DNA of 39,097 bases from positions 1 through 39,097 of IMG/VR virus record IMGVR_UViG_3300017761_005120. The stretch is one strand, 5' to 3'. Under the pieces are notes generated by a model, which saw only the letters and a program-made list of their open reading frames with translations, had not been told where the DNA came from and did not search any database. Position 1 is the first letter of the stretch. Each line of letters starts with the position of its first letter. This document shows positions 1 through 9,663 of this stretch, one piece after another. The stretch comes from a virus (Duplodnaviria; Caudoviricetes). A program made the position numbers and the translations under genes.

Positions 1-1449
1 CAAGATAAGTTTCAGTTTCATTTTGAAAGTCAGCAATATATGAATGCTGATGATAGTGGAGTTAATATTTCTGATTTTTTTAAAAGTAATGAAGAACTGC
101 GAAATGTTTTCTTGGACATTGCATTCGATAGACATGCATGGTCCTTTATAGAAAAAATGGAAATAAAACCAGATACTCTGGCAGAGAAGATTGATGGTCT
201 TTCAGAAGAAGAAAGAAAAAAGATGATAGGAACATATATACCAATAGCATTTGCATACAGTTTAAAAAATCCTAAATTTGTAAATGAAAACCAAAAATTA
301 ATGGTTTTTGAAGATGATGATACTATAACACTGGTTACTCCTTACAGAGAATTTTCCGATCTAGCAATGTTTGTAGGACCGAATCGGAATAATTCCAAAT
401 ACTATGAGAGTGTATTAGCAGGAGATGAAGATTTTTATGGGGTTTCAGAATATATCAATTATGAAAGAGAATATCTAGATTGGATAGATGAAAAGAATCT
501 TAAAAAAATAAAAGAGTATGCTCGTAGAGTAACAGGAGTAAAAGCATCACCTGAATCTGATGCAGAATATACTCTTGAGTTGTTGGAGAATGATGGTAAC
601 GAAGGTTGGATGGAAGGTTGGATTACAGCAGCATATAAAGAAGTATACGATTCTGAGTATAAGGATGCAGTGCAAAACTATTATATTAGTATTATTGCTA
701 AAACTTTGGGAGGTGGAAGAAATTATAAATGGAATGATGATGATCGTATAACTTTTGGTGGATGGAGAAGACCTAAATTTAAATCTAATATCATAGACTA
801 TATACTACATCATCCTAGAAATGAAGGTGATTCATATCCTTCCTATAATCAGTTTTTCAGAGAATTTGCAAGTATTCTACATAATGAAGGCGATTTAAGT
901 GAACCCGATGAATCTTACATATATCCAGAATTGGACTCTAGTAATGAGGATCAGAAGGATATTTTTAATTCCAAACTTTCTGAGTTGATTGACATGCCTC
1001 CAGACAATGACCCTCAGATGAAATTGGATTTAGGATTGGAATTAGATGAGTCTAGTATAAATAGAAATATGCTACAATTTGATTTATATGTTAAGAAAAT
1101 TCTCTCAGAAGATTTAGGTAATAGAGGACCAGCGGTTAAGGCGCAAGCACCTCAAACAATGGGAACTTCATCAACACCTCAAGCACCAACATCCCCTACT
1201 ACTCCACAACAGGGTTCTGCACCAACATCCCCACAACCAACAAGTGGTGTGCAAACACAGCAAAATCAACAACCAGATTATTTGACTATTTTTAGCAATC
1301 CAGAGAGTATGAAACAATTTAGTAGTGATCCAAATAATGTTCAGGGATTTAAAACATTTTTATCAGACCCTAAAAATGTTCAAACACTCACAAGTCAAAT
1401 TAAAGACCCTAATGTTATGGCAAGCATGATAGGATTATTAAGTAAATAA
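1..1449 (+). CDS. Large hypothetical phage protein, 5'-truncated by the window; C-terminal 126 aa probably also a separate late product
   Basis: Frame is open from base 1 (QDKFQFHFESQQYM...). Internal TATAAATA at 1056-1063 and in-frame ATG at 1069. Confidence 0.75.
   Translation, partial: QDKFQFHFESQQYMNADDSGVNISDFFKSNEELRNVFLDIAFDRHAWSFIEKMEIKPDTLAEKIDGLSEEERKKMIGTYIPIAFAYSLKNPKFVNENQKLMVFEDDDTITLVTPYREFSDLAMFVGPNRNNSKYYESVLAGDEDFYGVSEYINYEREYLDWIDEKNLKKIKEYARRVTGVKASPESDAEYTLELLENDGNEGWMEGWITAAYKEVYDSEYKDAVQNYYISIIAKTLGGGRNYKWNDDDRITFGGWRRPKFKSNIIDYILHHPRNEGDSYPSYNQFFREFASILHNEGDLSEPDESYIYPELDSSNEDQKDIFNSKLSELIDMPPDNDPQMKLDLGLELDESSINRNMLQFDLYVKKILSEDLGNRGPAVKAQAPQTMGTSSTPQAPTSPTTPQQGSAPTSPQPTSGVQTQQNQQPDYLTIFSNPESMKQFSSDPNNVQGFKTFLSDPKNVQTLTSQIKDPNVMASMIGLLSK
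1056..1063 (+). promoter_or_regulatory. T4-type late promoter
   Basis: Exact TATAAATA, 5 nt before an in-frame ATG. Confidence 0.6.
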
Positions 1450-1451
1450 TT

Positions 1452-2117
1452 ATGATACTGGAATTTGACAGATTTATTCAAACCATACTAGAAGCTGGTG
1501 AGGCTCCTCCCCCACCAGATCAGCAAGAGGGTGGACAAGTACCTGATGCTGGTGGAGAAAATCCAGAGGGTAATCCAGAGGGAGAATTGGAAATTCCTCA
1601 AGAGGATGAAGAACCATCAATTCCAGAAGAAATAGAATTGGCTAAACTAGCAGTAAGAGCTATATACTTTAATGTTGATAGTAAAGATGTTCACAACTTA
1701 AAGCTTAGAGTTGGTGATAGATTTATTCCTTTTGAAAAAATTCAAGACTATTTTGAAAAAACAAAAAACAGTAAGATTATACTTGGATTTGTTGAATGGG
1801 TTATGGACAAGTATGAGGGTAGCAGTAGATGGTCAGAAGACCCAGAAGTTAAGGGTAAAGGAATTGTTGATAAGATTAAGGTTTTTAATAGAACCCTACC
1901 CCTAGAGCAGCAACTGGACAATGGTAAAAGAGTGTACTGGACAAGAATTATACTAAACTGTCTTATCAATGGTAATGCAGAATTTAACATTAACATAAGT
2001 GATGTGAACGAGAAGAATATCAAAGAGATTTTCAGACTTTTGAAGCAGAGTTTTGGCAGTGATACCCGTGGTATTTTACAAGGTTTAGATAATTTAGAGG
2101 GTCCAGGAGTTTTTTAA
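1452..2117 (+). CDS. Hypothetical late protein with capsid-targeting-like N-terminus
   Basis: 221 aa ORF; TAAATA at 1443-1448; starts MILEFDRFIQTILEA followed by an acidic Pro-rich linker. Confidence 0.8.
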   Translation: MILEFDRFIQTILEAGEAPPPPDQQEGGQVPDAGGENPEGNPEGELEIPQEDEEPSIPEEIELAKLAVRAIYFNVDSKDVHNLKLRVGDRFIPFEKIQDYFEKTKNSKIILGFVEWVMDKYEGSSRWSEDPEVKGKGIVDKIKVFNRTLPLEQQLDNGKRVYWTRIILNCLINGNAEFNINISDVNEKNIKEIFRLLKQSFGSDTRGILQGLDNLEGPGVF

Positions 2118-2118
2118 C

Positions 2119-2147
2119 TTGACTGGACATGGCCAGTGCCGTATGCT
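2119..2147 (+). promoter_or_regulatory. Sigma70-like early promoter
   Basis: TTGACT-N17-TATGCT. Confidence 0.6.
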
Positions 2148-2161
2148 AAGTAAATTATCAT

Positions 2162-3457
2162 ATGAGTAAAGGAACATCCCTAAACATAAAGGAAAATTAT
2201 ACTTTTAACCAAAACACAAACAAGTATATCTTTCAAAGTGAAAAGAAATTTGGAAAAGTTTTAGTTTTCCCAAAAACCACCATAGATTTAATATACAAAT
2301 TGTATAGCAATCATGGTTCATGCCTAACAGCAAATGAGATTGGACTGAAATTGTCACTCCCATCTGATGTTGTAAGGTACATTATAAAGGTGTTGAAAAT
2401 AACACATGAGAGCCTCCCATACTCTGATGCCAAAATTGAGCAAGATAATGAGGATGCTATAGTTGATGATGTTGTTGCAGCCAAGAAATTCAACATCTTA
2501 CAAAAGATAGAAAAGAGAGATTGGAAAGAAACACAAGAGGATGCTGATAGATGGAGAACCTTTAAAACCCTGCAAATAGACCCTTTTGAACAGATATTAA
2601 AAAGTTGGACTCCTCCAAAATATATTCTCAGCCCAACTAATTATAAACCAAGTAATCCAGCAGGAACACTGTTAGTTGGTTTGAGTGATTGGCACTATGG
2701 TTTGGTTGCACATGAGAGATTCCTATACAATCAGAAGGAGTGGAATATAAAGAGAACAGTGGAAACTGTTGGTGACTATGCAAAACAGCTAACAGCAGAG
2801 ATTAGAAGAAATTCATATAAAAGTGTGAAACTTTTGCTGCTTGGAGACATGTCTCACACCCTATCTGGATTCACAGACAAGGGAACAAAACTAGAGGCAC
2901 ATCCTATAGCAGAGGAGCAGCTTGAAGTTGCATTTGACAGTCTTGTTAATTTTGTAAAAGATATTCTCAAAGTAAGCTATAATGTAACAGTATCTGCATG
3001 TAGTGGAAATCACTCTGCACTAGGAGACTATGTTCTTTCTAGAATGCTACAACTCTACTTTAAAGGAGACTATAGAATAAAGTTTGACATTACAAACAAA
3101 CGTCACATTACATTCAAGGTTGGAAAAAATTTGTTCCTCATGGAACATGGATACAGCAGTGTTTCAAGAGACAGACTGCCTTCTCCAGGAAAGGGTAGAG
3201 AGACATACATCAACAATTTATTCTTGGCAAAACCAGAACTATTAAAAGATGTTAAAAGACAATACTATCTATCAGCAGACCAACACCACTCAGAGAGTTA
3301 TGAATTAACAAATGTTGAAGGTTTTATGTTTCCAACTCTTGTTGGTGGATGTAGACATGCAGATAATTCTGGATACAAAAGTAGATCTAGACAAACAGCA
3401 CTAGTGGTTGATGATGATGTTGGAGTGACAGGAGTTAAGCATTTCTATTTTGATTAA
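2162..3457 (+). CDS. Calcineurin-like metallophosphoesterase with N-terminal HTH-like region
   Basis: Motifs LSDWH, LLGD, SGNH, EHG, DQHH. Confidence 0.8.
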   Translation: MSKGTSLNIKENYTFNQNTNKYIFQSEKKFGKVLVFPKTTIDLIYKLYSNHGSCLTANEIGLKLSLPSDVVRYIIKVLKITHESLPYSDAKIEQDNEDAIVDDVVAAKKFNILQKIEKRDWKETQEDADRWRTFKTLQIDPFEQILKSWTPPKYILSPTNYKPSNPAGTLLVGLSDWHYGLVAHERFLYNQKEWNIKRTVETVGDYAKQLTAEIRRNSYKSVKLLLLGDMSHTLSGFTDKGTKLEAHPIAEEQLEVAFDSLVNFVKDILKVSYNVTVSACSGNHSALGDYVLSRMLQLYFKGDYRIKFDITNKRHITFKVGKNLFLMEHGYSSVSRDRLPSPGKGRETYINNLFLAKPELLKDVKRQYYLSADQHHSESYELTNVEGFMFPTLVGGCRHADNSGYKSRSRQTALVVDDDVGVTGVKHFYFD

Positions 3458-3984
3458 TGGAAGAATTACCAGAAAAAAAGGCTAAAAAGAAAAGAAGTTT
3501 ACTCCCAAAGGGTGGTAATGATGTTGTCATGACACCAGACCGACTTGCCTTAGACATAGTGAAACATTTCCAACCATATGGTTGGAAATGTCTTGAACCA
3601 TGTAAGGGAGAGGGTGCATTTATGAGAGCATTTGAGAGTTGTGGAATAAATGCAGATTGGTGTGAGATAAGAGAGGGAAAGGATTTTTTCCAATATAGTG
3701 GACATGTTGATTGGATAATAACCAACCCACCATTTTCAATATTAACGAATTTTTTAGAGCACAGTTTAAAAGTGGCAGACAATATAGTGTTTATATGCTT
3801 GGGAAATGCTATGTTTTTCAAGAAAAGAATTAGACTTGTTAAACAGGCTAAATTTGGATTCAAAGAAATAGTTTTTATAGATACTCCTCCCAAACCATGG
3901 CCACAGTTTGGCATTCAAATGGCTGTTGTCCACCTACAAAGGGGTTATAAAGGAAAGGTTACTTTTGAATATGATGGATTATAA
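3457..3984 (+). CDS. Amino (N6-A/N4-C) DNA methyltransferase
   Basis: SAM-binding LEPCKGEG and catalytic ITNPPF. Confidence 0.8.
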   Translation: MEELPEKKAKKKRSLLPKGGNDVVMTPDRLALDIVKHFQPYGWKCLEPCKGEGAFMRAFESCGINADWCEIREGKDFFQYSGHVDWIITNPPFSILTNFLEHSLKVADNIVFICLGNAMFFKKRIRLVKQAKFGFKEIVFIDTPPKPWPQFGIQMAVVHLQRGYKGKVTFEYDGL

Positions 3985-4375
3985 TTATATGAGTGCTCTT
4001 TCAGAGAGTTCTGAAAGAGTGCTAGAGGATATAAAATCAAACGAATTTCAAAGGAAAATATTCAATTTTATCAAGAATGATTTTTCTGGTATATTGAACG
4101 GTTTTAATAATGAATATATAACATTTGAATATAATGATTTGTTAATAGATTTAGGTTTTTTACAAAAAATTGTGAAGATTTTACAGAAATGTAATTTCAA
4201 AGAACAGAGATATGATAAGAAGGGACTAAAAGAGCAATTACAAGAATTGTTTGAGGATTCTATTCAAAATGAGACTTTTATAGTGGGTAAGAGAGAATTG
4301 CAAAATGCATATTGGTTTCCATTATGTGATAGAGAGTTTAAGTTTTTAACGTATATATTCAACAACTATGATTAA
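3971..4375 (+). CDS. Hypothetical protein
   Basis: ORF coupled to both neighbours; start moved from 3908 to the ATG overlapping the end of the MTase gene. Confidence 0.6.
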   Translation: MMDYNYMSALSESSERVLEDIKSNEFQRKIFNFIKNDFSGILNGFNNEYITFEYNDLLIDLGFLQKIVKILQKCNFKEQRYDKKGLKEQLQELFEDSIQNETFIVGKRELQNAYWFPLCDREFKFLTYIFNNYD

Positions 4376-4847
4376 ATTAATACCAAATTTTATAAAGAAT
4401 GTTTCAGAGCTTATGGAACATATAAAAGCTCATGATCATTTATTCATGCCAAGAGAAGGGCAGGAGGCTCATGAATCCTTGATTCCTAATATATGCTCAA
4501 AATTCAAAACTTTGAAAAACTCTCAAATGAGTAGAGAGATGATAAATTGTATATTTAAAGACAGCTTGTTTGATCCAGATTTGAAGGATTTCTACAATTT
4601 TATTCAAGTTCAAAAATATGAACCTGGAGATTATATCGCTGTTCATAGAGACTCTTACAGTATAAGAAAACTTCATTTAATAACTCTAACATCTAGCGAA
4701 GTTGATGGTTTGGTTTGTGAGGATGAGGATCATTCTCTGGTTAAAATATTTGATCAAGCTGGACAATACATAGACTTCCCCTATGATGCAGCACACTATG
4801 TTAGCCCTGTTAAACACTTGAGATACAGCATAGTTGTGGCAGAATAA
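4368..4847 (+). CDS. 2OG-Fe(II) oxygenase
   Basis: YEPGDYIAVHRD (HxD), distal His (AAHYV), RYS (RxS). Confidence 0.8.
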   Translation: MIKLIPNFIKNVSELMEHIKAHDHLFMPREGQEAHESLIPNICSKFKTLKNSQMSREMINCIFKDSLFDPDLKDFYNFIQVQKYEPGDYIAVHRDSYSIRKLHLITLTSSEVDGLVCEDEDHSLVKIFDQAGQYIDFPYDAAHYVSPVKHLRYSIVVAE

Positions 4848-4896
4848 AAAAAAGCTCTTTACAAGTCTGAATAACAGTGATACTGTAGTACTCTAT

Positions 4897-6900
4897 ATGA
4901 AAATACAAATACCTAAAAATGCACAAGCAGCAGCACAGCCTACCAACTATTTCTTTGTAACAGACTTGTCAGGAAGTATGTGGGGAAGTATTAAAGACTT
5001 GAAAGAGACTCTGAGAGCAGTAAAGGATTTACTGCAACCAAAGGATACTTTCAGTCTTGCATATTTCAGTTCTAGTAGAGACTTTGACTGGATTTGTAAG
5101 GGAGCCTCTCTTACAAACAGTTTAGACAGTCTTATTGATAGTAAGATTTATGCAAGAGGACTTACTTGCTTCATAGAAGTGCTTGCAAGCCTAGATAAGA
5201 CTGTTCAAGATGTATCATTGCTAACAGGTAATAGCAACAGTGTCTTGTTTTTCTTAACAGATGGCTATCCAAATGATAATAGTCCAGAAAAAGAAGTTTT
5301 GAGACTCAGCAGAGAACTCAAGCCTCTATTCTCTCATAAGCAGATTGTTGGATATTCTGGCTATTACAATCGTAAACTGCTTTTGGAAATGAGCCAAGAT
5401 ATCGGAGGTTCTTTCTGTCACGTTTCAGACTATTCCGATATGAAGAAAAGTTGTGCAGACTTTGTAGGAACAAAGAAATCTGTTAAAATCATAGACTTGC
5501 CAAAATCGTATGATGTAGTATGGCAGTTAACCAATAACGAGGTGATTATGCTTAATTGTGTGGATTCTAAAGTTCAAGTGTTGGAAACTGATGTTGATGC
5601 TGACTTGTATGCAGTGGATTATGCTGAATTAGATTCTCTCCCAGAGGAGAATATGAGGGATGCAGCATTTGTCTATAGTCTTGCATTCTGTCTCTCTCAG
5701 AAGAATAAAGCAAATCTTGGTGTGTCTCTTTTAAGAAAAGCAGGAGCACAAGCTGATGCAAAAGCACTCCAAAAATCTTTCACAGTTACTCAAAAAGGTA
5801 ATGCAGAAAATAACTTGAAAAGACTTGCAATTGCTGGTGGAGATATCAAGACTGATAGTGTTCAAAATGCTGTTAGTATTCAAGACTTCCTCAAGAATAT
5901 CAAAGGTAAACTTGGAAAGGTTACTATTGATTTGAATCAATCCCCATACAAGTCTATCTCTAGAAAGGGTGGAGATGTTAGCAAAGTTTCTTTCAGTTCA
6001 ATAGATTCTACTGCTAGAATTGTTGGAGTTACCGGAAATGAAAATCGTGCAAATATCTCATTCCTCACTGTTAGAAAGGGTGAAGTGACTGACGTAAATG
6101 ATTCTGAGTTGAAGACTAAAATTGCAGAATTTAACAAGACTGCAAAAGAAAAGATTCTGCTTCCTATCCAAGCAGACACTTATCGAAACTATACTCTTGT
6201 TGCTAACGGTGATTTCAATTTTGATACACTGGTGTTGAATTTTGATGGAGATGTATATTCTATTAATCCTCCTAAAGACATTGATCTTTTTGATGAAAAT
6301 CAAAAGAGTGTTCAAATTAAGGATTTTGTGAGTCTCTACAAGAATCTTATAGAAGAGAAAGCACATGCAAGTGTCTTGGCATATTACATTAAGCAAAATT
6401 CAGTGCAAAAGCATCTTGAAGATTTGAGAGTCTCCAAATATGGAGAAGAAGGAGCTAAGATTCTTGAAGAAATGGGCTTTGACTATGCAATGAGATATGC
6501 ACCTAAAAAGGAATACAAACCAAAGGATGAGAATGCAGATTATGTTCCGTTCCTTGAAATAACAGGACAATTGAAGGGTGCAAGCACTATTAGTGCAAGC
6601 AAAAGCTATGAGAAGTATGTTAAAAAGGGTAAACCTAATGTTGGTGATGATATTTGTTGGCCACTATTCAAGAAGTATGATGAAAAATTAGCTTCTCTTG
6701 GAAGTGAAACTTTTGTAGAATTCTGTCAGAAGACTCTTGAAGGTGTTGGTGAAACAGTAGACATGCTCTCTCAGAAGATATCAGCATTGAAATTCTACCT
6801 TATGATTACCAACAGTTGGTTTGAAGGTGTGGATAAGTCTGATGAATTTGACTATGATGGCATGGTGATAAAAGTAAAAGAAGTTAACGAATATCTGTAA
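4897..6900 (+). CDS. von Willebrand factor A domain protein
   Basis: MIDAS DLSGS, RGLT, FLTDG; start placed after TTTACA-N17-TACTGT (4858-4886). Confidence 0.8.
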   Translation: MKIQIPKNAQAAAQPTNYFFVTDLSGSMWGSIKDLKETLRAVKDLLQPKDTFSLAYFSSSRDFDWICKGASLTNSLDSLIDSKIYARGLTCFIEVLASLDKTVQDVSLLTGNSNSVLFFLTDGYPNDNSPEKEVLRLSRELKPLFSHKQIVGYSGYYNRKLLLEMSQDIGGSFCHVSDYSDMKKSCADFVGTKKSVKIIDLPKSYDVVWQLTNNEVIMLNCVDSKVQVLETDVDADLYAVDYAELDSLPEENMRDAAFVYSLAFCLSQKNKANLGVSLLRKAGAQADAKALQKSFTVTQKGNAENNLKRLAIAGGDIKTDSVQNAVSIQDFLKNIKGKLGKVTIDLNQSPYKSISRKGGDVSKVSFSSIDSTARIVGVTGNENRANISFLTVRKGEVTDVNDSELKTKIAEFNKTAKEKILLPIQADTYRNYTLVANGDFNFDTLVLNFDGDVYSINPPKDIDLFDENQKSVQIKDFVSLYKNLIEEKAHASVLAYYIKQNSVQKHLEDLRVSKYGEEGAKILEEMGFDYAMRYAPKKEYKPKDENADYVPFLEITGQLKGASTISASKSYEKYVKKGKPNVGDDICWPLFKKYDEKLASLGSETFVEFCQKTLEGVGETVDMLSQKISALKFYLMITNSWFEGVDKSDEFDYDGMVIKVKEVNEYL

Positions 6901-6912
6901 GGATGCAGATAT

Positions 6913-6956
6913 AAAAAAGAGTGCCCTCTTCTACCGTCATGGGAGAGGGCACTTTC
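6913..6956. terminator. Intrinsic terminator hairpin, possibly bidirectional
   Basis: AGTGCCCTCT...AGAGGGCACT stem with an A-run before and TT after. Confidence 0.7.
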
Positions 6957-6974
6957 GTATTTAAATATAATCTT

Positions 6975-7463
6975 ATGCAAGACTATCCTACATTATATAT
7001 ATTATTCAATTCCAAAACACGCCAGCTAGCATGTTTTACATTTGATATTTCTGTTTTTCCAGAACAGATTTTAAATCATATGCTGATAAAGTCATACTCC
7101 TTCAAAGAATTGGGTATTACTGATGATAGCATTAACCTAAATAGATTTAAGTGGCTAGGAGACTTTGATAGTGGTTCCTTAGTTGATATAGTAAAGGAAA
7201 AGAAAGCAATTGTCACAGAGAAGGAAATTGTGGACAAATACCATAACATGATAAGTTCCAAGTACAGCTTAGAATTCATCCTACATCAATTAATACTTAA
7301 TTCTGATATGAAAACAGATGAGGGTGTACAAATGCAAATTTTTGTTGACAAAGTCTTAAAGAAAAAGAAGAGTGACATAGAATACTTCAAGAATTCACCA
7401 CTTCATATTTGGGAGGCAGCTAATGAGAACGAGCACAGAAGAGATGATGCATTTAAAACATAA
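6975..7463 (+). CDS. Hypothetical late protein
   Basis: TAAATA at 6962 precedes ATG 6975; the longer GTG start runs through the terminator. Confidence 0.7.
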   Translation: MQDYPTLYILFNSKTRQLACFTFDISVFPEQILNHMLIKSYSFKELGITDDSINLNRFKWLGDFDSGSLVDIVKEKKAIVTEKEIVDKYHNMISSKYSLEFILHQLILNSDMKTDEGVQMQIFVDKVLKKKKSDIEYFKNSPLHIWEAANENEHRRDDAFKT

Positions 7464-7471
7464 GTAAATTT

Positions 7472-8431
7472 ATGAATTTTGATGAATTGTATAATTTTGT
7501 TTTACAAGAAAATGTTGTTATAGAAGAGGGTGCAAAGGACACTCTCAAAATGCTTGCTCTTGCTGCGTTTTTTGGTCTTATGACCAAAGGGGTAACATAT
7601 CCAATATTAAAGCACAGGTTGGATACCAAACTCAAACAAGTTGAGCAGCAACAAGTTATCACTGCACAGAACTATGCAAATGCACAAGTGAATAAGATTG
7701 TTCAGAGTGAACCAGAGATAGTAAATCAAATAAACATGAATAAAGACGTAGACAAAGCAATAGAGCTATTCCAAAAATCTTTAGAGATTAAACAACAGCC
7801 TGAAACAGAAACTTTAGAGTCTGGTAATTTTGAGTCTTTTCTAGCAGATGCTATGAAATACATAGAACCAAAGGAAAATTCTGATGGGAAAATTAGAAAT
7901 GAAGTTTATGCTGATAGCAAAGGATATCCTACTATAGGCATAGGGCATTTAGTTATTCCTGATGATGCTAGAAACGGAGTGTTTAAACCAAACGAATTTG
8001 ATCTTGATAGGAATGGTAATATAAAAAGAGTTAAAATTAGTGATGCTAGAGCAAGAGAAATATTCAAGCTAGACTTAACTAAAAAATATAATAGTATTAA
8101 AAGAGAATTTCCCAGCTTTGATAAATATCCTAAAAATTTAAAAATAGCAATGATGGATGGATATTTTAGAGGAGATTTATCAGGTTCTCCAAACACAAAA
8201 AATCAAATAAAACAAGCTATGAGCCTATACTTGAAAAATAGAAAAGCAGAGGCTGTTAAATTTTTACAGAGTGCTGCTAATGAATATGTGGATAATAAAG
8301 AGTATAGACTGTCTAAAAAAATGAAACAAGGTGTGTATGCAAGAATGAACAACAATGCACAGCTTATTAGAACTGCACTAGATTCTGATTTTGATCAGAA
8401 TCTATTAACAAAAAACGTGTACGATCTGTGA
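7472..8431 (+). CDS. T4-type (GH24-like) lysozyme with N-terminal leader and hydrophobic segment
   Basis: E...VYADSKGYPTIGIGH catalytic signature; hydrophobic MLALAAFFGLM. Confidence 0.85.
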   Translation: MNFDELYNFVLQENVVIEEGAKDTLKMLALAAFFGLMTKGVTYPILKHRLDTKLKQVEQQQVITAQNYANAQVNKIVQSEPEIVNQINMNKDVDKAIELFQKSLEIKQQPETETLESGNFESFLADAMKYIEPKENSDGKIRNEVYADSKGYPTIGIGHLVIPDDARNGVFKPNEFDLDRNGNIKRVKISDARAREIFKLDLTKKYNSIKREFPSFDKYPKNLKIAMMDGYFRGDLSGSPNTKNQIKQAMSLYLKNRKAEAVKFLQSAANEYVDNKEYRLSKKMKQGVYARMNNNAQLIRTALDSDFDQNLLTKNVYDL

Positions 8432-9663
8432 TGAAATTTGAAGATTTGGAGAAATATATAGTGGATGAGGCTACAATACCAGTAGATTCTCTTGGAAATG
8501 CATTCACAATAATAATAAAAAAGGCAAGGTATATCATATCACTATACAGCAAATTGTTTAAAATTGTAGAAGATAATGAGGCTTTTATTGTTAATGATTT
8601 ATCAGCACTTGATATTGATCATTATTTTGTAAGTGCAGTGAAAAGGTTAAAAGAGGATATAACAGAGAAATCCATCTACAGGGGAAACTTAATGCAAGAG
8701 ATTGAGAGTATAGAGCAATACCTAGAAGTGGCAAAAACAACAGAAGACTCCAACTATAGGTATAAAATAATATCAGAATATATACCAAATTTCATAAAAA
8801 GTATGTATTCAGGTTTCATGGACCCTGAAAATGGCAGAGCACACAGCCTTAGAGAGGTTATTAACTGTGTAACAAATTTCATTAACAAATATGAAAACTA
8901 TGGATTTAAAGAAGATGAAGCTGAGACAAAATTGGTAAAGTCTATAGAGCTTATACTGTCTGATATCGTTAATATTGGTAAGAGTATTAGTGGATACTCT
9001 GAAAGATTGGGTGCATACAGTGAATGGATGCTAGGAGCATATCATCAAGATAGAAAGTTTAGACCCAAAGACTTACAAGAGACTGAGATTGCTTACCATG
9101 CCTCCTTACAGGCTGTTCAATTGTTTGAGAAGGGATTCACTAGGGGATGGTCTTCCAAGGACAGTATGGGGCTTGGAGGAGCCTCTGAGACTGATATAAG
9201 CTTCTCTTTGGATGTTAAGGTTTGTCAAAACATACTAATAACGTATAAACAAATGTGGTTAATAGCAAATGGACAGTGGAAAATATCATCTGTCTTGGAT
9301 CATGTTAGATTGTATTCGAAGGAACCTAGAGAAGACAAGGGAGGAAAATACACTTTTGATGAAATTGTAAATATTCACAAGAGGCAGAAAGGTGATCCAT
9401 TTCCACCCAAAACTCCAGAACAAACTTTAGATTTCTTTAGAACAGCACTATATTTCATAAATACTCCTGTTAGTAGAAATCCTGTGTTTTGGGGATTTGA
9501 TTCCAAAGAATGGGTTAGTAAGTTGAAGCAGATGAGTATAGGTGATATTGGTATAATAAAAGCAAAGATACTAACAAAAAATGCCTCAGAATTTCTAGTT
9601 GCAGAGAGGGAGATTAGAATACCACCAACAGATATATTAGAGATGATAAGTATTATAAAATGA
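8431..9663 (+). CDS. Probable ADP-ribosyltransferase-fold protein (C-terminal domain)
   Basis: AYHAS...KGF...GLGG...ISFS...AEREIRI pattern; function inferred. Confidence 0.5.
   Translation: MKFEDLEKYIVDEATIPVDSLGNAFTIIIKKARYIISLYSKLFKIVEDNEAFIVNDLSALDIDHYFVSAVKRLKEDITEKSIYRGNLMQEIESIEQYLEVAKTTEDSNYRYKIISEYIPNFIKSMYSGFMDPENGRAHSLREVINCVTNFINKYENYGFKEDEAETKLVKSIELILSDIVNIGKSISGYSERLGAYSEWMLGAYHQDRKFRPKDLQETEIAYHASLQAVQLFEKGFTRGWSSKDSMGLGGASETDISFSLDVKVCQNILITYKQMWLIANGQWKISSVLDHVRLYSKEPREDKGGKYTFDEIVNIHKRQKGDPFPPKTPEQTLDFFRTALYFINTPVSRNPVFWGFDSKEWVSKLKQMSIGDIGIIKAKILTKNASEFLVAEREIRIPPTDILEMISIIK

Noticed and set aside
1160-1240. APTSP repeats (GCACCAACATCCCC twice)
   Set aside because: Ordinary low-complexity coding linker
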